Positions 26,919 through 37,300 of a stretch of DNA of 64,000 bases are shown here, piece after piece. Made by a program: the position numbers and the translations under genes. Source of the DNA: Myxococcota bacterium (lineage in GTDB: Bacteria; Myxococcota; Kuafuiibacteriia; Kuafuiibacteriales; Kuafuiibacteriaceae); contig CBDCWQ010000020.1 in NCBI GenBank assembly GCA_965223435.1, positions 661,357 through 725,356 of the forward strand, given 5' to 3'. Within the stretch, counting starts at the first letter, position 1; each line of letters opens with the position of its first letter. Below the pieces are notes generated by a model that was given only the letters and a program-made list of their open reading frames with translations, had not been told where the DNA came from and ran no database searches.

Positions 26919-28937
26919 ATGGCGAAGCGAGGCAAAGGGGATCAAGACCAGGCTCGGGGCGTAGGGCGGCGCGGCGGCCGAAACACGACCTATTCCACGC
27001 CCGCCTACGACGACGCCGAAGGGGGCGGTGATCGGAAACGAGAGAGCGGGCCGTCGCCTGGGGGTGGGCTTGCGCCCGGCGGGGGTGGGACGCAAGAAGA
27101 AGTTCAAGGTTTTCACCAGGCCACCGCGATGTTTGATCGCGGGGAGCTCTTGGGGGAGTTGGCCGAACTCGAGCTAGGGTCCGAGCCGAGTGTTTCTGCC
27201 GAAGCGGAGGCGGTCTTGGGTTGCCGCCTCATTTGTGTGGCCGGTCCAGAGATCGGGCGGGTGTGGCGTTCTACCGAGCGCGAGGTGGTCATCGGTCGAG
27301 ACGACGACTGCGGGGTGGTTCTCGAAGGGGAGGCCGTTTCGCGGCGCCACGCGCGGCTGACCAAAGAGGGGGCGTCGTATCGCCTGAGTGACCTGGGCAG
27401 TGGCAACGGTACCTATCTGAATGGTGATCGCACCGAAGACGCTCTTTTGTCGGCGGGTGACGAAGTGGCCATCGGTGGGTGGACGGTCCGCTTTGTCCAA
27501 CTTTCGGAGTCGGAAGTTCCGAAAACGGGTGAGGCGCGGGCCGAGGATTCCGATTCGAAACCAGACGAGGAGGATGAGGGCGATGATGCGTCTCAGGAAG
27601 ACGACGAGGTCCCGGATTCAGAAGCGGCCGACTCTCGGGCCTCTTCTTTAGACAAAGAGGCGGGATTTCGCACCGTGGGTCCCAAGGGCACGCCAGAGTC
27701 TTCGAAGCCGATGCCGCCCGTATCTTCTGCGGCATCTTCTAAGTTTTTGCCATCCGAGGGTTCGGCTCCGCCATCCAAGCGCGTGTTGTGGACCATCGTC
27801 GCTTTTATCGTGGCCGGCGCGGCCGGTGGTGTTTATGTGCTTTTTCGCGCGGGCTATTTTTACGACGGCTGGTCCATGTTTCGAAGCGATCAAACCATGG
27901 ATGCGCGTCGCCGTTTTCTTCAAGGGATCGAGCTCGTCAAGGCCAAACGATGCGGAGACGCGATAGAGTTGTTTGATCGGGTCTTGGCGCTTCAACCGGA
28001 AAATCTCCGTGCTGTAGACTATCGAACCCACTGCGAGCAGGAGGTGGGCTTTTGGAAATTGATGGAGTCGTCCAAAAAATTGGCAAAAGCTTTCCGCTTC
28101 GAGGCCGCTATCGCCAAGCTTTCTAGCATTTCCTCCGAAAGTGTCTACGCGTCTCAGGCCGAACGTCTCGCGGATCACTATCTGTCTTTGATGGAGGCTC
28201 GCGTTCTCAAACGGATCCAGGCTCGCTTGGACGCCAATAGTGACGGCGGTGCCCTTGACCTCATCGCACGCACCCTCGACCGCTATCCCGGTTTCGCCAA
28301 GGTGCGTGCGATGCGTACCGAGATTGAGGCCCGGCGCCAAGCGAGGCTGAAGGCGCAAAGAAACAGGAGGCGGACGCCCTCGCGCAGCATGAAGCGTGCG
28401 ATTGCGCTGTATCGTTCGGGTGGCCTCGATGAAGCTTTGAATGCGGCACGGAACGCCAAGGGTTCGGGTGCGGCGGATCTTACCCGCGACATGTTGCGCG
28501 TTCGGACCATCCTCAAAGAGACGGCGGCCGCGCACAAGGGAAAGGATGTATCCAAGATCTTGAGCCTTGCGCCCCAGGGGCTCGCGGTGGATCTTCGAAT
28601 AGCCGGTGGTCAAGGGCGCCTCCGTTCACGTCTCAAGACCTACTATGCGGATGGGCTTTACCTGAGGGGCATCGACGCTTACCAGCGTGACGATCCGGTG
28701 TTGGCTTTTCGGCTTTTTAGCCAGGCCCTTCGGGTGAGGCCGGGTCATGTTCTTTCCAAGGCCCGGGTGTCTGAGCTTGCTGGTCTGGCCCACAAGTTGT
28801 TCGATCGCGCGCAGACCATGGGCACCTCGGATGCGGCCGAAGCCAAACGTTTGTTGAGGACCGTCATGAAACTCACGAGGCCCGAAGACGATCTTCACCG
28901 GCGTGCCAAGCAATGGCTGCGGCAGCGCGGACCGTAG
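26919..28937 (+). CDS. FHA-domain protein with acidic linker, TM segment and TPR-like C-terminal region
   Basis: The FHA core is VVIGRDDDCGVVLEGEAVSRRHARLT...YRLSDLGSGNGTYLNG. An acidic stretch DEEDEGDD follows, then the TM segment WTIVAFIVAGAAGGVYVLF. The ATG at 26919 is preferred over the TTG at 26877. Confidence 0.75.
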   Translation: MAKRGKGDQDQARGVGRRGGRNTTYSTPAYDDAEGGGDRKRESGPSPGGGLAPGGGGTQEEVQGFHQATAMFDRGELLGELAELELGSEPSVSAEAEAVLGCRLICVAGPEIGRVWRSTEREVVIGRDDDCGVVLEGEAVSRRHARLTKEGASYRLSDLGSGNGTYLNGDRTEDALLSAGDEVAIGGWTVRFVQLSESEVPKTGEARAEDSDSKPDEEDEGDDASQEDDEVPDSEAADSRASSLDKEAGFRTVGPKGTPESSKPMPPVSSAASSKFLPSEGSAPPSKRVLWTIVAFIVAGAAGGVYVLFRAGYFYDGWSMFRSDQTMDARRRFLQGIELVKAKRCGDAIELFDRVLALQPENLRAVDYRTHCEQEVGFWKLMESSKKLAKAFRFEAAIAKLSSISSESVYASQAERLADHYLSLMEARVLKRIQARLDANSDGGALDLIARTLDRYPGFAKVRAMRTEIEARRQARLKAQRNRRRTPSRSMKRAIALYRSGGLDEALNAARNAKGSGAADLTRDMLRVRTILKETAAAHKGKDVSKILSLAPQGLAVDLRIAGGQGRLRSRLKTYYADGLYLRGIDAYQRDDPVLAFRLFSQALRVRPGHVLSKARVSELAGLAHKLFDRAQTMGTSDAAEAKRLLRTVMKLTRPEDDLHRRAKQWLRQRGP

Positions 28938-28973
28938 GGTTGAGCGATTTCAATGTACGCAAGGACGGTACGC

Positions 28974-31667
28974 ATGGCCCAAGAGTTGGGCACACCGGTC
29001 CCAGAGGGGTTGGATGACGCGGCCGTTCTGAGAAGCCGAGAACAAGGCGGAGAAAATCGCCTACCCCCTATTCAAGAGAGGTCGGTATGGTCGATGTTTG
29101 TGGGTGCCCTTCGTGATCGCACCCTATTGATTCTCGTTGGTGCGGCGTTTTTGTCTATCATCGTCGATGTTCTCAAAAGCCATCTGAGCTCGGGCTCTTT
29201 GGCGGGTGGTATCGATGGCGCTGCAATTTTGGTCGCCGTCCTTGTCGCTGCTTTGGTGACAACGTTCAACGAAGCACGCGCGGCCAAGCAGTTTCGACTT
29301 TTGTCCAAGATGCGTGATGACGTCGTGGCCAAGGTAGAGCGTTCAGGTCATGTGCGACAGGTCTCGGTGTTTGAGGTCGTCATGGGTGATGTTGTTCATT
29401 TTGAGCTCGGCGATCGTTTGTGTGCCGATGGGCTTTTGCTTGAAGGTGTCGACGTTGCGCTCGATGAATCGATGCTGACCGGGGAGTCTGTTCCTAAGCA
29501 AAAATCAGAAGAGGACTTGCAGCTTTTTGGGGGCACGACGGTTGTGGAGGGCGCAGGGCGGCTCTTGGTGACGAAGGTGGGTGCCCTTACAGAAATGGGA
29601 AAGCTACAGCTGTCCCTGACGGAGCCCCGAGAAACCCCGACCCCGCTTCAAGAAAGGCTGAGCAAGCTGGCCGATCGGATCGGTGTTTTGGGATTGTCGG
29701 CTGCGGTGTTCACCTTCTTGGGGCTGTTCTTATCAGGCTTTTCCAGGGGCACGCTCCCTCAGACGCTCGACATTGATTTTGTGAGCCAGGTCTTGGAGTA
29801 CGCGGTTGTCGCGGTGACGATTGTGGTGGTGGCCGTGCCTGAAGGCCTTCCTTTGGCGGTGACCATCAGCCTCGCGTACAGCGTTCGAAAGATGGCCTTG
29901 GACCAAAACCTTGTTCGGACGTTGGCCAGCTGTGAAACCATGGGCTCGGCCACGGTGGTGTGCTCGGATAAGACCGGCACACTGACCAAAAACAGAATGA
30001 GCGTCGTTGCGGGTTGGTTTGACGGCGCGATCCATGACCGCATCGCCGTGCGGGGCCAGGTGCCCGAGGCGCTCATCGAGCGCATCGCCGAGGGAGCTTC
30101 GGTCAACTCTACGGCTTTTGTCGAAAAAGATGAAGGAGGAGACCAGTACTTGGGGAACCCAACGGAATGCGCGCTGTTGGTGCTCGTTCGGGATTGGGGG
30201 GAAGACTGGAAGGCGCGGAGGCAAGCGGCCACGGTGCTTCACCGTTTTGCGTTCAACTCAGACCGAAAGCGAATGTCTTCTCTGATGGGTGTGGGGCCAG
30301 GGGTTCATCGTTTGCTGGTGAAGGGCGCCCCAGAGGTTTTGCTCGAGCGTTCGGTTTCGGTTGAGGGAAACCAAGGACCGATACCATTCGATGCATCGCT
30401 TCGGCGTTCGGCCCAGGAAGCTGAGCGCGTGTTTTCGAGTCGGGGTTATCGAACCTTAGCCCTGGCCTACCGTGAATTTGTTGGGGAAGAAGCGCCGAAC
30501 GACGTCGAGTTGGCTGAGAGCTCGCTGACGCTGGTCTGCCTGCTGGCCATTTCAGATCCCTTGAGGTCGGATGCCAAAGAAGCCGTGAATGCGTGCCGAA
30601 AAGCTGGTTTGGATGTCAAAATCGTCACGGGGGATCATGCCCTGACGGCCCAAACCATTGCGAAGGAGCTCGGAGTCCTGGGCGATGGCGACCTGATTTT
30701 GGATGGCGCACGTTTTCGCCAAATGAGTGATGAAGAGGTGCGGATTGCGCTCAAACCCCTGCGTATTCTCGCTCGGTCGGTACCCTCCGACAAGCTCCGC
30801 TTGGTTCAGATGTTGCAGGGCGAGGGAGAGGTTGTGGCCGTGACCGGCGACGGAACCAACGATGGTCCGGCTTTGGCATCTGCAGACGTTGGTTTTTCGA
30901 TGGGGCTGAGTGGCACGGAGGTCGCCAAAGAAGCCTCGGACATCGTGATTCTCGATGACAACTTTCGGTCCATTGTGGCGGCGGTTCGCTGGGGACGTTC
31001 CATCTTCGAAAATATTCGCAAGTTTCTTCAGTTTCAATTGACGGTGAATCTTGTGGCGTTGTCTACGGCGTTTCTGGCCGCGGTTTTTGGCTACGGTATT
31101 CCACTCAACACCGTGCAGCTGTTGTGGGTGAATTTGTTGATGGACACTTTGGCTGCCCTGGCGCTTGCGACTGAGCCACCGGATCCAAAACTTCTCGACG
31201 AGCCGCCCTATGGGCGTCACGCGCCCCTTGTGACCGGCTCGATGGGGGCCCATATTCTGGTCATGGGAGCCTTGATGCTGGTGGTGTTGTTTATGGCGTT
31301 GATGACCGATTGGTTTGTGCCGAGTCATGCTTCAGAGGGCGTACGGCGCACATTTGTTTTCAATTGTTTTGTGTTTTTACAATTGTTCAATGAAATCAAC
31401 GCACGGGCGACGCGTTTTGGCCAAAGCGTTTGGCGTCGCATCTTAAAAAGCCACTTGTTCCTTTTTGTGCTGGTTTCGACGGCCTTTCTCCAGGTGCTGA
31501 TTGTCGAGTTTGGTGGGGCGTTTTTTCGAACGGAGGCTTTGACGATGGAGCTTTGGGTGAAATCGGTTCTACTCGGCAGCTTAAGTTTGATTTTTGGCGC
31601 GGTGCTTCGCTTTTTTGGGCGGCTTTTTTTTCTCAGGGAGACCCGTCTTCAAACGCACCCGTGTTAA
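28974..31667 (+). CDS. Calcium-translocating P-type ATPase (type IIA/IIB)
   Basis: It has the DKTGTLT phosphorylation motif, TGDGTNDGPAL, the CSDKTGT region and 10 TM helices. The ATG at 28974 has an AAGGA RBS. Confidence 0.9.
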   Translation: MAQELGTPVPEGLDDAAVLRSREQGGENRLPPIQERSVWSMFVGALRDRTLLILVGAAFLSIIVDVLKSHLSSGSLAGGIDGAAILVAVLVAALVTTFNEARAAKQFRLLSKMRDDVVAKVERSGHVRQVSVFEVVMGDVVHFELGDRLCADGLLLEGVDVALDESMLTGESVPKQKSEEDLQLFGGTTVVEGAGRLLVTKVGALTEMGKLQLSLTEPRETPTPLQERLSKLADRIGVLGLSAAVFTFLGLFLSGFSRGTLPQTLDIDFVSQVLEYAVVAVTIVVVAVPEGLPLAVTISLAYSVRKMALDQNLVRTLASCETMGSATVVCSDKTGTLTKNRMSVVAGWFDGAIHDRIAVRGQVPEALIERIAEGASVNSTAFVEKDEGGDQYLGNPTECALLVLVRDWGEDWKARRQAATVLHRFAFNSDRKRMSSLMGVGPGVHRLLVKGAPEVLLERSVSVEGNQGPIPFDASLRRSAQEAERVFSSRGYRTLALAYREFVGEEAPNDVELAESSLTLVCLLAISDPLRSDAKEAVNACRKAGLDVKIVTGDHALTAQTIAKELGVLGDGDLILDGARFRQMSDEEVRIALKPLRILARSVPSDKLRLVQMLQGEGEVVAVTGDGTNDGPALASADVGFSMGLSGTEVAKEASDIVILDDNFRSIVAAVRWGRSIFENIRKFLQFQLTVNLVALSTAFLAAVFGYGIPLNTVQLLWVNLLMDTLAALALATEPPDPKLLDEPPYGRHAPLVTGSMGAHILVMGALMLVVLFMALMTDWFVPSHASEGVRRTFVFNCFVFLQLFNEINARATRFGQSVWRRILKSHLFLFVLVSTAFLQVLIVEFGGAFFRTEALTMELWVKSVLLGSLSLIFGAVLRFFGRLFFLRETRLQTHPC

Positions 31668-32241
31668 GAAAGTGGATGATCATTCGATGAACAAAGGGGC
31701 GTGCCATGATGAAGGTGTGCCCCGACTGGACCACGCGGTGAACTTTGGCCCCCGCTAAACGGGTTTCGTCCACCGAGACTTTGCCGTCGCGGTGCCCGGC
31801 GATGATACCGATGTCCACCCCTTCGGGGAGTAACAGGGTGCGGGCAAGGCTATCGCCTTTGTCTGTCAGACCGGTCAGCGGCTTGAGGAAAGGACCGAGG
31901 AGGCGCGCATGGCGTGTGGCTACCGCGGAACCCTGATTGGGAGGCGCCAACATGACGATTCGACCGAGACCGTGGGGCGCACCGTTTTGGATCGCCCAGC
32001 GGATGAGAATGTTGCCAAGGCTGTGGCCAACGAGGTGGACCGGTGGGCCCTCTTTGATGAGCGCATCGATTTTTGAAGCAAGGCGATCGCCCGCTTGCCC
32101 GATGCTCCAGCGCATACTCCGGTAGTGGAACAAGTGCGGCGAAAACTGAGCCCGCCTGAGCGCCCGCGCAGCGGGGAGCATCGAGGCCGCGGTTCGCGCC
32201 ATGCCATGAATCAATAGGACTCGGGGTTGTGGATGGCGCAA
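31633..32241 (-). CDS. Alpha/beta hydrolase (esterase/lipase-like)
   Basis: 202 aa. It has a GHSLG nucleophile elbow and an N-terminal HGM oxyanion region. The 3' end overlaps the convergent ATPase gene by ~35 nt. Confidence 0.6.
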   Translation of the reverse strand: MRHPQPRVLLIHGMARTAASMLPAARALRRAQFSPHLFHYRSMRWSIGQAGDRLASKIDALIKEGPPVHLVGHSLGNILIRWAIQNGAPHGLGRIVMLAPPNQGSAVATRHARLLGPFLKPLTGLTDKGDSLARTLLLPEGVDIGIIAGHRDGKVSVDETRLAGAKVHRVVQSGHTFIMARPFVHRMIIHFLNTGAFEDGSP

Positions 32242-32250
32242 CCGACGGTC

Positions 32251-33948
32251 CTAGAACTTGCGCCCGATAGCGGTGAGGATTTGGTGGGTTTGATCCGGAA
32301 GGGTGAGGTTCAGGTAGAAGGTACTGCCCGCAGACTTGATGTGGTTCGTTGTCGGGTTGAATCCATCCTCTTCCGCCTTCCGCCTAAATGCATTGTTGGC
32401 GATCGGCCTTAGAATGGAGTTTCTACGGTCTAACACTGAAAAGCCATCGTTTCCCCAAATCACAATGAGTGTTCCTTTTTCATTTGGCGCGGCGCGTATC
32501 GGTTGTCCGATGCCGGGAACGCCGACGCGCCGTGCGCTTCCATTTTTATAGTTGAGTTCTCGGTAGAAACAAGGATCGCTCGAAGGACGGCAGATTTGGT
32601 CCGCGGTGAACGGCCCGGCGGATGGCGTGCACGGGGTGATGAAGCCGACCACGTTGTCCGAGACCCGGAAGCTCTGGTCGACGGGGAACGGAAGCGCGAT
32701 AGGCGCCGAGGCCGAGGGGGCTGTGGTGCCGGTCGATACGGTGAACATCGTGGGTTCTCTGTCACGCATGATGACCGCCCAGGTGTCTTTTTTGGTGAAG
32801 GCCACAACCTCGGTGCTTTTGGCGACGGTCGTGGTCCACGTTTGGCTTGGGGCCTCGGGCCAGCCGGAGACCGTGCTGGTTCGAAGCAGGCGTAGCCTTA
32901 GGGTTTCGGAGGTGGCCGAAGTCGATGCGACAAGGAGGCCCCGTGTGGATGCGGTGAGGTTTTGGACTTCACCCTCGATGGGTGTGGTCCCCATGAACGG
33001 AAATTCTGGGGTGCGCCTGAACCAGTGGACCCCCTCGGCGTCAGAGACAAAGACGTTTTTGTTGCCGCGCGCGATTCCGATTTTTTGGGGATTGTCGAAG
33101 GGCGGTCCTCCGTCTCCTTTGGTGGTGATCGTTTCGAGGACGGCGTTGGTGTTGAGGTGGCGGATCTTGATGCCGTCATTTTCGAGGATCCAAAGTTGCT
33201 CTTCCACCGCGAAGAAGTCGATGGTGGACTCAATGGTGGTCCCTTGTGCGGTGATCAGGTCGCGAACGATCAGCTGTTGCTCCGGCTGATGGTAGAGGAG
33301 AAGCTTGCCCTCGGTGGCAAGGACCGCAAAATCGCTGATCGGCAGCTGGCTCGAAAAAGAATCCTCGAACATCAAGGCGGAGCGGTGGTTTTTGCGCTCC
33401 AAGTAAAAGCCAGGGTGGCGTTGGCTTAGCGGATCGGGCAGGCCGGGGGAGGTCGGTTGGATGAGGGCCCAGGTTTCGGGAGGATCGGCGGCCTGTGATG
33501 GGCGTTCAGGGTTGTGCAGAACGCCCTCAAAAGGGCTAACTTCAAAGCCGCAGCGCTCGCCGACCCCGGACGCCCCGAGTTTGGCCAGCCGCCGGAGGTC
33601 GAGCTCGACGGGGGAAAAGGGTTCTTGGGGGTCTTGCTTTGTGACTTGACCGCGCCACTCTCGAACAACGGGCTGGGTCGTGCAATCGTCGAGAATGCTG
33701 ACACCGCAGGCATCGGTTTCGAGTTCGACATCGCAGCTTGAACCCGTTCCGAGGTCTACCAGGCGAAACTGGCCCCCCTCCAGCGCCTTGGTGCCCGGAT
33801 CGCATTGGTCTGCTTCCGGGGGCGGTGCGGCTTCGAGCGGGGCTCGGGTGAACTCCGGGGGTGCCTCGCACCCCGCGAGGAGGCCGGCGCTCAGAAGCGG
33901 GGCCCATCGGAAGGCCGGCGGCAGGCCCAATTTCATAAGGCGTTTCAT
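32251..33948 (-). CDS. Hypothetical lipoprotein
   Basis: 565 aa. It has a lipoprotein signal ending in a lipobox LLAGC. No recognisable catalytic motifs were found. Confidence 0.5.
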   Translation of the reverse strand: MKRLMKLGLPPAFRWAPLLSAGLLAGCEAPPEFTRAPLEAAPPPEADQCDPGTKALEGGQFRLVDLGTGSSCDVELETDACGVSILDDCTTQPVVREWRGQVTKQDPQEPFSPVELDLRRLAKLGASGVGERCGFEVSPFEGVLHNPERPSQAADPPETWALIQPTSPGLPDPLSQRHPGFYLERKNHRSALMFEDSFSSQLPISDFAVLATEGKLLLYHQPEQQLIVRDLITAQGTTIESTIDFFAVEEQLWILENDGIKIRHLNTNAVLETITTKGDGGPPFDNPQKIGIARGNKNVFVSDAEGVHWFRRTPEFPFMGTTPIEGEVQNLTASTRGLLVASTSATSETLRLRLLRTSTVSGWPEAPSQTWTTTVAKSTEVVAFTKKDTWAVIMRDREPTMFTVSTGTTAPSASAPIALPFPVDQSFRVSDNVVGFITPCTPSAGPFTADQICRPSSDPCFYRELNYKNGSARRVGVPGIGQPIRAAPNEKGTLIVIWGNDGFSVLDRRNSILRPIANNAFRRKAEEDGFNPTTNHIKSAGSTFYLNLTLPDQTHQILTAIGRKF

Positions 33949-34307
33949 CGAGACCAGAAACCGATTTTGAAGCTAGTATGTCCGAACGAAAATAGCGACT
34001 GCCCAAAAGTTGCGGGTGAACGGGCCCGAGGGATTGGGTTCCGGAGGTTTCGACGCGGGGTTCACGAAGGAAGTACTCGCCAAGGCTGCGATGAAAATGA
34101 GACCCTGACTGGAGCCACTTTGAGGCTCAGCCCGAACGGCGGGGCGATTGGCGTCGAAAGGGGCGCGCGGGTCCATGCCGGGGTGTGCCGGCGCTCACAG
34201 ATGTCGGGTTTGCCCTCGAAAATGGGACCTTTCGGGGTCCCTACCGAGGCGCTCTTCGGCGGTGAGGCATAAGGTACAGGGGCAGAGGGTTGGCCAGTAG
34301 CCAAACG

Positions 34308-37300
34308 ATGGGCGCGCACAAACACCACGTTCGAGAGACCAAGTCCGCACGGGTCATCCGATTCTTGAAGCGAACGGCCGTCGCTTTCGGTTTTGTTTTT
34401 GTGGCGGGGCTCGCCGGGTTGGTGTGGGCCTTCAAGACGGGGCGTGCCGTCGATGCGGTGCAGATGGAGGTGATCGAAGAACTCAGAACGGTCTGCAAGC
34501 TGGACGCGGCGTTTGGGTCGCTTTCGGTGGGCGTTTTTCCCCCAGAACTGCACCTCAGCGAACTGGAGCTCAAGCACTTTGATGGCCGGCGGCTCCTTTC
34601 GGTAGAGGAGGCTATCGTTTCGCTCAAGCTGCTCCCGCTGCTTTACGGGCGTCTTCAGCTCGCGCGGGTTGCGGTCCTCGGCCCTGAGGCAAGCATCGAA
34701 CTCGAGGCGGGAAAAATTCTCAATCTTCCGGTCTGCGTCGAGCCTTCTTCAGCGCCCCTTGCAAAAGAGGGCCCCACCCGCCTTCCCATCGCGCTTGGGG
34801 TCAACGAGTTGACCATTGAGCGGGGGCGTTTTGAGCTTGTTGGCCAGGACGAGGTTCAAGCGGAGCTGAAAAACATCGCGGTTTCGTTGGTACCGGCGTC
34901 GACCGGTGGACTCAACATCGCTGTGGGGCTTGATGACGGTTCTTTGACCATGGAAGACGAGACCTTTGTCGTCTCCCGCGTTCGGATGTTGGGGCACCTC
35001 GAAGGACTCATTTCTCGTCCTCGCGCCCTTTCGGTGGACCTTTTCGAAGTGCATGTGGCCGATGCAGAACTGAGCGGGAAGGGCTCTGTGGATCTATTGG
35101 GCCCCGTTTATGATGGCGAACTGAAGGTCGAGGCTCCGCTCAACATCATCCACCGGCTGGTGGACGACATACCCAAGCTCCACGGAAACGCGCGGGTTGA
35201 AGTTTCGGTGGCGGGTACGGTTGCGTCGCCCCGCGCCTCCGGTTCGGTGTTTGTGGAAAAGGGACAAATGGGACCGTACCGTTTTGGGGACGCGTCGCTG
35301 GTTCGTTTTATCGTGGACCGAAAGAAGCTCGAACTCCCGCGCGTCGATGTGACCTTAGACCGAGGAAGGGTTTTGGGATCTGCGACGCTCGATTTTGACC
35401 AAAAACGGAGCTTTCGAATGAAGACTGAGGTTGAGAACTTGTCGTTTGGTCGCCTCATGGACGCGCTTGGGTTGCCCGGCACGTGGATCGATTGGCGGGC
35501 GACCGGGAGAGGGGACGTTCGCGGCGGCTTGACGCCGCTTTCTTTGGCCGGAAAGTTCGACTACGACATTCGCAGGCTCTTTGTGTACGACCAAGCCTGG
35601 GACTCACCCCGGCTGCGCGCCACCGCGTCTTTGCCCTCACCGCATGTGCTCCTTCACGTAAAACCCGCGCGGGTGGCTGGCGCTTGGCGGTGGGACGAAG
35701 AGGGTGTGTCTTTTTCTAAAACGACGATTCAAGGTGGTGACACCAAAGCGGATGCGGCGGCGCGCGTGTATTTCGAGGCCTCACGGGGCATGTGGGTGGA
35801 TGCGCACTTCTCCGAAATCGATTTTAGGGACATTGGGCCCATCGCGGGCCTAAAGCTCGAGGGTATCGGTGCGCTTTATGGCCGGCTTGAAGCGAATGCC
35901 GTGGGTATTGGCGCAAAGGGCCGTTTTGATCTGGCTTCCATCAGAATTGGTGGCATTCCCTTTGGGCAAGCATCTTCCGAAGTTCGTTGGCATGATGAGG
36001 CCTTTCTTGACTTTTCTGATGTACGCGGTCGGTTGAAAGAAACGGCTTATCAAGGGGACGTGTCGGTTCATGTCGCTGGCGAGGTGCCCATAGATGTTCA
36101 GGGCTCGATTTCACGCGGCCGAGTGCAAGACGTGTTGATTCCCTTGGGAGTGGATGGCGCAAACTGGGGTGATCCGCGGGGCAAGATTGAGGGAGACTTC
36201 CATCTCAAGGGTCCCGTTTCTCACCTGTCGGGGCCGATAGGGCTCCGGCTCAAGGCCTTCGAGATCCTGGGTGAGCGGGCAGAAAAGGCGATGCTCAAGG
36301 GGCGCCTTGATGAAGGTGTGGTTGTGCTGGATAAAGTGCGTGCCCATAAACATGGCGGTACCGTGGTGGGGCGCGGACGTTTCGACCCCCACACCCATCG
36401 CGTCCGGGCCCAGGTTGATACCAAGGATTTTCGCCTCAAGCATATTGATTTGCTGCATCAAAACCAGGAGCGGCTCGACGGTGAGCTGATGCTCCACGTG
36501 GGTGTGCAAGGGCAGCTTGGCTCCGTGACGGGAACGGTGGCCGCGCGGGTTCGGGGCGCGCACGCGGGGTCGGTTCCGCTTGCAGATGGATCTTTTAGGG
36601 GGAGGGTCCAAGGAGGGGCTGTCGAGGTAGAGGGGGGCCTTTCGGACGGGACCTTGTCGGTTGCGAGCAAGATCGCGTTGCGCCGCCATCTCCCTTATGA
36701 AGCTAAAGTGTTGCTGAAACAAATGCCCGTCGCCCAGATCGTTTCTGGCCTTCAAGGGCATCTTCGTTACAAGGGGAACGTCTCCCTTGAGGCTCGCCTT
36801 GGCGGAAGCTTAGTCGATTGGCACTTATCGAGTGGGAAAATGAAGCTGAAGCAGGCGGTCCTCGCCACCCAAAGTTACGGTTTTGAGAGCGCGGGGAGTA
36901 CGAAGTTCTTGCTGAAACGTGGCGTGTTCCAGACCGGTCGGTGGGTGGTGACTGGACCGAGGACACGCCTGGTGGCCAAGGGCCGCTTCGGTAAGGATGC
37001 CCTCGACTTGAAACTCAGCGGTCGGGTCGATCTCGGTGTGCTTGAAGGTTTAAGCCCCTCCGTGGAGCGTGCGGGCGGGTCGCTGTTGATAGATGCCGGG
37101 GTTGGTGGCACCTTTATGCGCCCAGATCTCGTGGGCACGGGTCGGGTCGACGGCGCGATTTTGCAGTGGCGAGGCATCCCCAGCCGGCTTTCTGGATTCC
37201 AGGCCGATCTGAGCTTCAGTCAGTCCACCGTTGTGGTCGACCGTTCTTTGGGTCGCTGGGCGGGGGGGCGTCTTGAAGCCGAGGGCCGAGTCTTTTTGAG

